Part shown: in pieces, positions 51,087 through 60,800 of the stretch | How the letters are laid out: each line of letters begins with the position of its first letter | Numbering within the stretch: the stretch's first letter is position 1 | NCBI GenBank assembly: GCA_963730185.1 | Contig: CAVSQW010000007.1 | Coordinates: 64,001 to 128,000, forward strand | Length of the DNA stretch: 64,000 nt | Direction of reading: 5' to 3' | Source of the DNA: an uncultured Gemmatimonadales bacterium | GTDB taxonomy: Bacteria > Gemmatimonadota > Gemmatimonadetes > Gemmatimonadales > GWC2-71-9 | Translations under genes and position numbers: made by a program | Notes under the pieces: generated by a model | The model's input: only the letters and a program-made list of their open reading frames with translations | The model's database searches: none | Told to the model about the DNA's origin: nothing

Positions 51087-52598
51087 ATGCGTCACCCATC
51101 CCGACCCGATCGCCGCGAGTTTCTCAAGGCCGCCGTCGCGGCCTGGGCTGCGCTGCCCGTGGTGCTCCGCGGCGATCCCTATCGTCCCCTGGACCGGCTG
51201 GTCCGGCGGGCCCTCGAGCCGGTCCGGATTCGGGGCCGGGTCCAGGCGGGCGGTCGCGGCCTGGCCGGCGTGGCCATGAGCGACGGCCGGATCGTGACCC
51301 GGACCGATCGGGATGGCCGCTACGAGCTGGTGACCGACGCCGCCCGGCCCTACCTCACCGTCTCGGTGCCCCGGGGCTACGAGCTGCCCACGGGCCCCAC
51401 CGGGATCGCGCGGTGCTACCGGCGGATCCGCCCGGATGGCCGGGGCGAGATGACCGCCGGATTCGAGCTCGCTCCCCTCGCCCGGGCCGACGACCACCAC
51501 CGGTTCCTCCTCGCGGCGGACATCCAGACCGAGGACGCCTCGGACGTCTCGCTCTTCCGGCGCGACGCCCAGCCCGATCTCGCCGCCACCATCGCCGAGC
51601 TCCGGTCCGAGCCGCTCTTCGCGGTGGCCGACGGCGACATCATGTGGGACCACCTCGAGCTCTACGACGACTACGAGCGGGCCGTCACCGAGCTCGGAAT
51701 CCCCTTCGTGCAAGTGGTCGGTAACCACGACCTGAACCTGAAGGCCACCAGCGACGCCGACTCGACCCGAACCTTCGAGTCGCGATTCGGGGCGCGGTAC
51801 TACTCGTTCAACCGGGGCGAGATCCACTACGTCGTCCTGGACGACGTGTTCTACTATGCGGGCGGTTACCTCGGCTATCTGACCGAAGAGCAGCTCACCT
51901 GGTTGGCCAACGATCTGGCGCTGGTGGAGCGGGGGGCGCCGGTGGTGGTGTTCCTGCACATCCCGCTCTGGTGCACCCTGTCCGAGCGGATGGGGCAGGG
52001 CCAGGCCAGCATCGCCAACGTGGTGACCAATCGGGAGGCTCTCTACCGGCTGCTCGAGCCGTTCGAGGCCCAGGTCCTCTCCGGCCACATCCACGAGAGC
52101 GACGTGGTGCACCAGGGCGGCGTCAAGCAGCGGAACCACGGGACCGTCTGCGGCGCCTGGTGGACCGGCGACATCTGCTGCGACGGGACGCCCAACGGCT
52201 ACGGGATCTACGAGGTGAAGGGGCGCGAGATCCGCTGGCAGTACCGGTCGACCGGGAAGCCGCTCGATCACCAGATGCGGGTCTACCCCCGGGGCGCCGA
52301 CCCGACCGCCCCGGACGAGATCGTGACCAACGTCTGGGCCTGGGAGCCGGACTGGACGGTCACCTGGTACGAGGACGGAGTCCGGCGGGGCGCCATGTCC
52401 CAGCGGACCGGCCTGGACCCGGCGGCCGTTGCCCAGCAGGCTGGCCCGGACCTTCCCCCGAAGCGCCCCTGGGTCGATCCGGTCAGAACCCGCCACCTCT
52501 TCTACGCTCCGGTCTCGGCCGAGGCGAGGGACGTGCGGGTCGAGGCGACGGATGGCTGGGGGAGGAACTACACGGGAGTGGTGACTCGTGAGTCGTGA
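51087..52598 (+). CDS. Tat-exported calcineurin-like metallophosphoesterase
   Basis: DRREFLK Tat signal; DIQ, GDI, GNHD, HIP, GHIH and DGTPNGY motifs. Confidence 0.92.
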   Translation: MRHPSRPDRREFLKAAVAAWAALPVVLRGDPYRPLDRLVRRALEPVRIRGRVQAGGRGLAGVAMSDGRIVTRTDRDGRYELVTDAARPYLTVSVPRGYELPTGPTGIARCYRRIRPDGRGEMTAGFELAPLARADDHHRFLLAADIQTEDASDVSLFRRDAQPDLAATIAELRSEPLFAVADGDIMWDHLELYDDYERAVTELGIPFVQVVGNHDLNLKATSDADSTRTFESRFGARYYSFNRGEIHYVVLDDVFYYAGGYLGYLTEEQLTWLANDLALVERGAPVVVFLHIPLWCTLSERMGQGQASIANVVTNREALYRLLEPFEAQVLSGHIHESDVVHQGGVKQRNHGTVCGAWWTGDICCDGTPNGYGIYEVKGREIRWQYRSTGKPLDHQMRVYPRGADPTAPDEIVTNVWAWEPDWTVTWYEDGVRRGAMSQRTGLDPAAVAQQAGPDLPPKRPWVDPVRTRHLFYAPVSAEARDVRVEATDGWGRNYTGVVTRES

Positions 52599-52702
52599 GT
52601 AGGGAGTAGGGAGGGAGTGGTGAGTGGGGAGTTGGTTCCCCTACCTTCACTCACCACTCCCTCCCGACTCACCACTCACCACTCACCACTCACGAGTCAC
52701 GA
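52574..52702. repeat. Inverted heptamer-repeat hairpin, copy 3
   Basis: GGGAGTG GTGACTC GTGAGTC GTGAGTA GGGAGTA GGGAGGGAGTG... then CTCACCA CTCCCTCCCGA (CTCACCA)3 CTCACGA GTCACGA. Confidence 0.9.
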
Positions 52703-54947
52703 GGCCCCCAGGGCGTCGCTGGCCCGGTCGATGACGGCGGCCGCGGCCTCCAGGGTGCGTCCCAGCTTCACGATCTGCTGGTCCGCCTCCGGCCAGTAGC
52801 CCTGCTCGATCGCTTCCCGGACGCCCGGCATCGTCTTCACCCCATAACCCGTGTAGAAGCCGGGGGCGTAGATCTGGTGCTCATACCAAGTGCGCCGGGG
52901 CAGCCCGTCGGGGCTGGTCAGCGACTGCTCCACGCCGAGCAGGATCTCGTTGGCGCGGGTGGTGGGCCGGCCGGCCGTCGAGGCCTTCTCGAAGGCCTGC
53001 TCGTACCGGTGGGCGGCCTGGGTCAGCGCCGTCATCCCGTTGTCGAGCGGGGCGAAATTGAGATAAGGCGGCACGTCGGCCCGCTTCGGGGCCTCCTCCG
53101 GCTCCCGCGGGTCGCGGATCGCCTCGAACATGCCCTCGTCCAACTCCCGGTTCCGCTCCACCGCTTCGTCGTGCCGGGTGTGCCAGAGGGCCTTCAGCTC
53201 GTCGACGTAGCGGCCGTAGGTGTCGGCCATCCCGCCGAAGTGGAACGGCAGGACATCGGCGTTGGCGAGCCGCATGACCATCACCCCGACGGTCTGGGCC
53301 AGCGCTCGGCCGTACACGAAGTGGTGTCGTTGAACCGGGTGAAGTGCTCGAAGTCGTCGTAGATCGAGTGGTAGATGCCGTCGCCGCCCTCGCCGCCGTA
53401 CCCCATGTTCAGGGAGGCGACCCCGAGGTGCTGGAGGAAGGGCGTGAAGTCGGAGCCGCTGCCCAGCGCCTCGATCCGGAGGTCGCCCCGGACTCCGGAG
53501 CTCCTTTCGAGTCCGCGCCTGAGGCCCGGCTGATCGACGCCAGCTGCCGACGCTTCCAGGCGGTCATCCCGGTCTCGGGATCGGTGACCTCCCGGGCCAC
53601 CTCGTTGACGAACCGCTCCAGCGAGTGCGAGCCGCCCGCGTCCAGGAAGCCGCGCCCGTTCACGTCGGAGTTGATGTAGGCAACCGCCTTCCGGCGGAGC
53701 TCGTCGCCGTGCTCCTCGGCCCACTCGGTGCTTCCGATCAGACCCTGCTCCTCGCCGTCCCAGGCGGCGTAGATGATGGTCCGGCGGGGCTTCCAGCCTT
53801 GCTTCATGAGCTGAGCCAGTCCGCGGAGCTCTTCCATCTCGGCCGTGAGCCCCGAGAGGGGGTCCTCGGCGCCGTTGACCCAGCCGTCGCGATGGTTGCC
53901 GCGCACCACCCACTGATCGGGCTGCTCGGTGCCCGGAATCCGGACGATCACATCGTTCACCGGCACCGTCTTCCAGTCGAACACCAGCTTGAGGTGCACC
54001 CGAGCCGCTCCGGGGCCGACCTTGTAGGTGATCGGCAGGCCGCCCCGCCAGGCCTCGGGCGCCACCGGCCCATCGAGCGCCGCCAGAATCGGCTGCGCGT
54101 CGGCGTAGCTGATCGGGAGGACAGGAATCTTGGTGATGGTGAGGATCTCGTCCTTCGAGAGGCGGTGGGCGTCGGGCGTCGCCCCCACGCCGGGGGTGGC
54201 CGGGTCACCGGTGTAGAGCGGCATGTCCATCACGCTACCCCGCTGCACCCCGTCGGCCGGCCGGTAAGGACCCTTGGGATAGACGTCGCCCTGCCCGTAG
54301 CCGTCGTCGGCCGGGTCGGAGTAGATGATGCACCCGATCGCCCCGTGCTCGGCCGCCACCTTCGGCTTGATGCCCCGCCAGGAGCCGCCGTACTTCGCGA
54401 TCACGATGGCACCCTTGACCGAGATGCCGAGCCGCTCGAGCCGCTCGTAGTCGGCGGGGATGCCGTAGTTGACGAACACCACCGGACCGGTCACGTCGCC
54501 GTCGATGGAGTAGGCGTTGTAGGTCGGCAGCTGCTCGCTCTGGAGCGTGGAGGAGTGGTCGCCGGGCACCGGAGGCTCCCGGAGCTTGGCCACGTACTTG
54601 GTCGGCGCGATCAGCTCCAGCACCCGCTCCTTCGGCGTCGGGAAGAGGGCCTGGAACTGCTCGATCTTCGCGTCGAGGCCCCAGCTGGTGTAGAGCTTGA
54701 CCAGCCACTCGGCATTGTCGCGGCCGTAGGCCGAGCCGAGGGCCTGGGGGCGGGCGGAGAGACGCTTCATGTAGGAGCGCATGCTGTCGGGGACGGGGAG
54801 CGCCTTGAATTTGGCCTCCCACTCCCGCTCGACTCGGCTTCCGTCGGCCGAGAACCCGCTGATCGGGTCGTTCGGTGACTGGAAGGCGGGGAGCAGGAGT
54901 AGCCCGAGCGTGAGCGGAAAGGCAGCGGTGAGACGGGAACGACGCAT
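52697..54947 (-). CDS. M28 peptidase (glutamate carboxypeptidase II-like); indels near 53490-53510 and 53321
   Basis: PA domain (YSDPADD, VQRGS), GNHRD, WDGEE, GSGSDF, YHSIYD and the transferrin-receptor dimerisation domain (YAPG..GY) spread over three frames. Confidence 0.9.
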
Positions 54948-55233
54948 CGGTTGATCCTCGAGGTGTCTTGGGGAGGAGCTGAGGGCGCAGGCCGGGACCC
55001 GGTCGGGGCCGGCGCCCCGGGGAGTTTAGCCCGATCCGGCCCGGGACACGAGGTTGGCGCCCCGGGGCACCCCTCTCACCGGAGAGGCGCACCACTGATC
55101 GGCATCGAGTTCACCTCTCACCTCCGCGGGCGCCGGGCCGGTGGCGGCCGAATGGCGCCGAACGGGCCGACGGCTCGAGAGGTCGAGGCCCCCCGGTCGC
55201 GTTCCTCTCCGGACCAGTGCAGATTGGTCGCCG

Positions 55234-56250
55234 ATGCCTCCTTTGCCGCCCGTCGCCCGGTTCGAATCCGACACCGGCGTTCGGATCTACCGGATCTCCT
55301 GCCAGGCGTTTCCCACCCTGGTGGCCCACGCCTACCTCCTGATCGGCGCCGGTCCCGTCACCCTGGTCGACACGGGGAGCGGGTACGGCGACTCGACCCG
55401 GCAGCTGCTCGAGGGGCTGGACCAAGTCCGGACCGAGTTCGGTGAGGCGGTGCGGCTTCGCGACATCCGCCGGATCCTGATCACCCACGGCCACGTCGAC
55501 CACTTCGGCGGGCTGGTGCAGGCCAGCCGGCCGATCACGGCCGAGGTCGGAATTCACGTGCTGGACAAGTGGGTGCTGGTCTCGTACGAGGAGCGCCTGC
55601 TGGTGGCGACCAAGGCGATGCGGGCCTTCCTGGCCCAGGCCGGCGTGGAACGGGAGCGCCAGGCGGGGCTGATCGAGCTCTACCAGTTCTCCAAACGCCA
55701 TGTCCGGAGCGTACCGGTCGACTTCACCCTGAGCGACGGTCAGGAGCTGGACGGGCTCCGGTTTGTCCACACCCCGGGCCACTGCCCCGGGCAGGTCTGC
55801 ATCCGGATCGGCGACGTGCTCCTGTCGGCCGACCACGTGCTCCCCGTGACGACGCCGCACCAGTCACCCGAGAGCATCACCGCCTGGACCGGGTTGGGCC
55901 ACTACCTCGAGGCGATCGCCAAGATCGGCCGGGAAGACGGGGTCCGGCTGGCGCTTGGCGGGCACGAAACCCCGATTACCGATTTTGCCGACCGCCTGGT
56001 GGCCATCCGGGCCGACCACGATCGGAAGCTCGACCGGATCCTCGGCCTTCTCCGGGAGCCGCCCGGCCTGACCATGGCCGGGCTCACCGACCGGATGTAT
56101 CCGACGGTCAAGGATTGGAACGTGCTCCTGGCCCTGACCGAGGTGGGCGCGCACGTGGAGTATCTATACGAGAGGGGGGAGCTGCACGTCACCAACCTCG
56201 ACCAGGTCGAAACCGAGGAGAATCCCGGGCTGGTGTTTGCCAGGGACTAG
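55234..56250 (+). CDS. MBL-fold metallo-hydrolase
   Basis: LVDTG, THGHVDH, TPGH, SADH and GGH motifs; start uncertain. Confidence 0.9.
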   Translation: MPPLPPVARFESDTGVRIYRISCQAFPTLVAHAYLLIGAGPVTLVDTGSGYGDSTRQLLEGLDQVRTEFGEAVRLRDIRRILITHGHVDHFGGLVQASRPITAEVGIHVLDKWVLVSYEERLLVATKAMRAFLAQAGVERERQAGLIELYQFSKRHVRSVPVDFTLSDGQELDGLRFVHTPGHCPGQVCIRIGDVLLSADHVLPVTTPHQSPESITAWTGLGHYLEAIAKIGREDGVRLALGGHETPITDFADRLVAIRADHDRKLDRILGLLREPPGLTMAGLTDRMYPTVKDWNVLLALTEVGAHVEYLYERGELHVTNLDQVETEENPGLVFARD

Positions 56251-56251
56251 C

Positions 56252-56478
56252 GACTCGTGAGTGGGGGGTGGTGACTGGGGAGTGGTGACTGGTGACCGGG
56301 GAGTGAGTGGGCGGCAGGGAGTCGTGGCTATACCTCGTACTCCCTCCGACTCCCTCGTCCCCCCGCGACCTGCTCCGATCCTCGTCAGGGCGCTCGTGAG
56401 CGGAACGGGCCACCCTACCGCCAACTCACGACTCCCTCCCTGCTCACCACTCACGAATCACTCGTCACTCCCACCCGG
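56252..56478. repeat. Inverted heptamer-repeat hairpin, copy 4 (compound, with spacer)
   Basis: G-rich units at 56252-56325, short C-rich arm at 56339-56356, about 60 bp of spacer, second C-rich arm ACTCACG ACTCCCTCCCT GCTCACC ACTCACG. Confidence 0.8.
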
Positions 56479-57737
56479 ATCGCCTCCAGCACCTTGTCGC
56501 CGAAGAGATCGATCTCGTCGACGGTGGTGTAGACGTTGGGGGTGATCCGGAGGCCGCTGAACTGGGGGTGCCCGATCGGGGTGGTCTGGATGCGATGCTT
56601 GCTCAGGAGCCAGCCGTAGAGCTTGCCCGGGTCGATGCCCTCGATGCTCAGCAGCGCGATGGCCCCGGCGTAGGGCGTGTCGAGCTGGGTTGGGATCGAG
56701 ACCCGGTCGCTCTCCGCCAGGAGGCGTTTGGCCCACCGGTCCCGGAGGTAGCGGAGCCGGGCGATCTTCCGATCGGCCCCGATCGCTCGGTGGAACGCCA
56801 GCGCCGTCGAGATGGCGTTGTGATTGGCCGCCGGATGGGTGCCGATCTCCTCGTACTTCCGGACGTTGTCGTCCATCGACGCGGGGGCGGCCATCAGGGG
56901 CCAGAGTTTCTTCTGCTTCGCTTTCCGGACGTACAGGAAGCCGGTCCCGATCGGCGCCAGGAGCCACTTGTGGAGACTCGTGCCGTAGAAGTCGCAGTCC
57001 AGGTCGTCGTGCTTGAAGGGGAAGTGGGCGTAGGCGTGGGCCCCGTCCACCAGCACCTCGATCCCGAGCGGCCGGGCCATCTCCACCAGTGCCCGGACCG
57101 GCATGATCTGGCCGGTCAGGTTGGTGATGTGGGTAACCTCGAGGGCCCTGGTTCGGGGGGTGATCGCGGCCCGGAACTGTTCCACCAGGTATTCCGGGGA
57201 GGGTGGCGGTACCTTGAACGAGATCGACTTGACGACGATCCCTTCGCGGCGGGCCCGCTGGTCCCAGGTGGTGAGCATCCGGGGGTAGTTCTGATCGGTG
57301 ACGATCACCTCGTCGCCCCGTTTCAGGTCGAGCCCCATGATGTACGTCTCGTTGGCCTCGGACGCGTTCCGGGTGATGGCCATTTCCTCCGGATCGCAGC
57401 CGAAGTCGCGAGCGAGATCGCGGCGGACGCTCTCGATCCGGGGCTCCAGCACTCCCCACATGTGGTTCACCGGGATCTCGTTGCTGAACCGGAGATCGCG
57501 GATCATTTGCTCGAGCACGTGGGTCGGGGTGGGGCAGACCCCGCCGTTGTTGAGGTTCACCATGGTCCGGTCGGTGTCGAAGGCGCGTTGGATCTCGCCC
57601 CAGTAGAGCTCGTCGTCCGGGCCGCCGTCCCCTCGTTCCGCGGCGCGGAGAACACGGCGAAAGGCATCGGAGCGGAACGCGGGTGCCAAGGCGGAGGCGC
57701 CCACGAGCGACTGGACGAAGTCTCGACGGCTGGCCAT
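56451..57737 (-). CDS. Class V PLP-dependent enzyme (isopenicillin-N epimerase-like) with Tat-like signal
   Basis: SRRDFVQ N-terminus; NLNNGG, DGAH and SLHKWLLAP.GTG motifs. Confidence 0.92.
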   Translation of the reverse strand: MASRRDFVQSLVGASALAPAFRSDAFRRVLRAAERGDGGPDDELYWGEIQRAFDTDRTMVNLNNGGVCPTPTHVLEQMIRDLRFSNEIPVNHMWGVLEPRIESVRRDLARDFGCDPEEMAITRNASEANETYIMGLDLKRGDEVIVTDQNYPRMLTTWDQRARREGIVVKSISFKVPPPSPEYLVEQFRAAITPRTRALEVTHITNLTGQIMPVRALVEMARPLGIEVLVDGAHAYAHFPFKHDDLDCDFYGTSLHKWLLAPIGTGFLYVRKAKQKKLWPLMAAPASMDDNVRKYEEIGTHPAANHNAISTALAFHRAIGADRKIARLRYLRDRWAKRLLAESDRVSIPTQLDTPYAGAIALLSIEGIDPGKLYGWLLSKHRIQTTPIGHPQFSGLRITPNVYTTVDEIDLFGDKVLEAIRVGVTSDS

Positions 57738-57801
57738 GGTAGGCTCGTAGTGGAAGGATTGCTCTAATCATCGGGGCCCGGGCGGTCCTGGGCAAGTTCG
57801 G

Positions 57802-57817
57802 GGGCACGCGACGTGCT
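57802..57817 (+). promoter_or_regulatory. Possible sigma-54 (-24/-12) promoter
   Basis: GGGCACGCGACGTGCT: GG-N10-GC spacing with a GGCACG core, upstream of the large lipoprotein gene. Confidence 0.35.
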
Positions 57818-57832
57818 TTTGTCGTTCTGACC

Positions 57833-60800
57833 ATGCGATATCCGGCTCGAGCCTCTCGGACGGCCTCCCGCCATCCCGTTGCCATCGCTGCGGTTAGGAA
57901 CGGCGATGCAACTCGGTGCGGTGGGCTGGGACGGCGTTTGCTCTGGCAGCTTGCCACGGCGGCCACGGTGGCGGGACTCCTGAGCCTCGCGGCCTGCGGC
58001 GGCGATCCGACCCTGGCCGGGGCCTTGGCGCCGCCGGCCCCAGGCAGCCTGGCGGTGACGGTGACGGGCCTTCCGGCCGGGGCGCCGGCCAACCTGACCC
58101 TCTCCAACGCGAGCGGATACCAGCGCGCCCTCACGGGGTCGGAGACGATCCCCGACCTGGTGGCGGGCAGCTACACCCTGGCGGCGGCCGGCGTGACTGC
58201 CGATGGTGACGGGTACGACCCCGCCCCCGTCACCCAGTCCCTGTCGGTGCATGCCGGACCCTCGACCACCTCGGCCAGCGTCGAATACGGGATCTCGACC
58301 GGCCGGATCGATCTCGCCATCACCGGTCTCCCGGCCGGCGCCGACGCGGCGGTGACGGTGAGCGGCCCCGACGGATTCGACCTGCCGGCCCCGTCCAGCG
58401 GCCAGCTCAAGGGTCTCGCGCCGGGTACCTACACCGTCCGGGCGGCCCCCCTGACCGTCGATGGCGACGGCTATGCGCCGTCGGTCGATTCCGTTCTCGT
58501 GCTGGTGACGCCGGGCACGACCCCGTCGCCGGCATCGGTGGCCTATGCGATCGTGACCGGCCGCCTCGATCTCGGCATCGCCGGGGCGCCGGACGGCACC
58601 ACGCCGGCCGTGACGGTGACCGGGCCGAACGGCTTCGAGGACACCGTCGCGGCCACGACGTCCTTTACCGGCCTCGAGCCGGGCACCTACGCCGTGGCGG
58701 CGCCCTCGCTCACCAGCGGCGGCCATCGTTGGGATGCCGAGGTCGCCCCGGCGTCGATCGAGGTGCCGGCGAGCGCCACGCCGGCCTCCGGGGCGGTGAC
58801 CTATGGCCTGGCGACCGGTGCCCTGACCGTGACCGTGACCGGACTGCCGGCCGGCGCCTCGGCTGGGTTGACGCTGACCGGTCCAGGTGGGAGCCAGCCG
58901 ATCACCGCCACGACCACGCTGGTCGGTCTGGCGCCGGGCGACTACACCCTCACCGCCGCGTCGGTCTCGGCCGGCGGTGGGACCTGGCTCGGCTCCCCGG
59001 CCACCCAGCCGGTCACGGTGGCGGCCTCGCTCACGCCGGCGGCCGCGAGCGTCGCCTACGCCCGCGGAACCGGGACCCTCGACCTGACGATCTCCGGGGT
59101 TCCGACCGGCGCCGCGGCGCTGGTGGTGGTCACCGGGCCGAACGGGTACTCCCAGAGCCTCTCGGCCTCCCAGACGTTGGGTGGCCTCGATCCCGGGGGC
59201 TACACCGTCGCCGCGAGCAACGTCACGGCCAGCGGCCAGACCTACCTCCCGACCCCGGCGTCGCAGCCGGTGGCGGTGTCGATCGGCGCGACGGCTGCGG
59301 CCACGGTGACCTACGGGCTCCAGGGGGGCGCTCTCGCGCTGGCGGTCACCGGCTTGCCGGGCGGCACGGCGGCTTCGGTGCAGGTGACCGGTCCCGGCGG
59401 CTACAACCACTCGGTCACGGCGTCGACGACCCTGACCGGCCTCCTCGCCGGGAGCTACGCCGTGGTCGCCGACTCGGTCACCAGCGGCGCGACCCGGTAC
59501 GGGCCGACGCCCGCCTCGCAGAACGTCGCGGTCACCAGCGGGAATACGGCCGCCGCGGCGATCGCCTACGCGGCCGCGCCCCCGCCGGGGACGACCCTGA
59601 ATCTGGTGGTCGACGGGATGTACCTGACCCAGGCCGCGCAGCGGTACGACGGGTCCGTCCCGCTGGTGGCGGGCCGTGATGCTTATCTCCGGGTGTTCGT
59701 GAAGGCCAACCAGGCCAACAGCGAGACGCCCGCCGTCCGGGTGCGCTTCTATTCGGGCGGTACCCTGACCCAGACCTCGACGATCACCGCCCCGGGCGCC
59801 AGCGTGCCCACCGCAGTGACCGAGGGAACGCTTGCCTCGTCCTGGAACCTGCCGGTGCCGGGCGCCCTGCTGCAGCCGAACCTCAAGGTGCTGGTCGACG
59901 TCGACCCCACCAACGCGGTGGCCGAGTCGAGCGACACCGACAACAGCTTCCCGGCCAGCGGGACGCCGTTCGCCGTGGACGTCCGCTCGCTCCCGACCTT
60001 CCACGTCCGCTTCGTTCCGGTGCTCCAGTCGGCCAACGGGCTCCAGGGCAACGTCAGCTCGGGCAACCAGGCGCAGTACTTGACCGACGTGCTCAAGATG
60101 CTGCCGATCGGTGCCTACGACGCCGACATCCACTCGGTCTACACCACCACCGCGGCGGCGGTCGAGTCGAGCAACGGCAATGGTGCCTGGGGCACGATCC
60201 TGAACGAGATCTGGGCCCTCAAGGGCGCCGACGGCAGCACCCGGTACTACTACGGCGTGCTCAAGGCCAGCTACTCGAGCGGCGTCGCCGGGATCGGCTA
60301 CGTCGGCGGCGGCATCAACTCGGCCCTCGGCTGGGACCATCTGCCCAGCGGTTCCGGCGTCATGGCGCACGAGCTGGGGCACAACATGAGCCGGTCCCAT
60401 GCTCCCTGCGGCGGAGTGGCCGGCCCTGATCCGAGCTATCCCTACACCGGGGGCCAGCTGGGCATCTACGGTCTGGACCTGACGACCCTGGCCCTCAAGT
60501 CGCCGACGACGACCTTCGACCTGATGGGCTACTGCAATCCGGTCTGGATCAGCGACTACAACTGGAACGGCATGCTCCAGTACCGGCAGAGCAACGCCAA
60601 CTACGCGCCTCCGGTCGCGCCGACGGCGGGTGACGGGCTCCTGGTCTGGGGTCGGGTCACGCCGCGAGGCATCGTCCTGGAGCCGGCCTTCCCGGTCCGG
60701 GCGCCGTTCACGGCGCCCGCGGCCTCGACCGCGTACCGGGTCGAGGGAGTCTCGCTCACCGGACAGGTCCTCTTCAGCTACCCGGTCCAGCCGGTGGAGG

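Noticed and set aside
1680..53510. Programmed ribosomal frameshifting or true pseudogenes at the broken genes
   Set aside because: No slippery heptamers or other decay were seen, and unrelated gene families are affected. Sequencing error is more parsimonious, though unproven.
54948..55233. Possible riboswitch (CCTCTCACCGGAGAGG hairpin, repeated GGCGCCCCGGGG)
   Set aside because: Lacks the conserved cores of glycine or other riboswitches I can recognise. GC-rich hairpins are expected by chance.
18812..56478. Heptamer arrays as CRISPR arrays or short SRESGVV-type ORFs
   Set aside because: No constant 23-47-bp repeat with unique spacers and no cas genes. The peptides are translations of the repeat.
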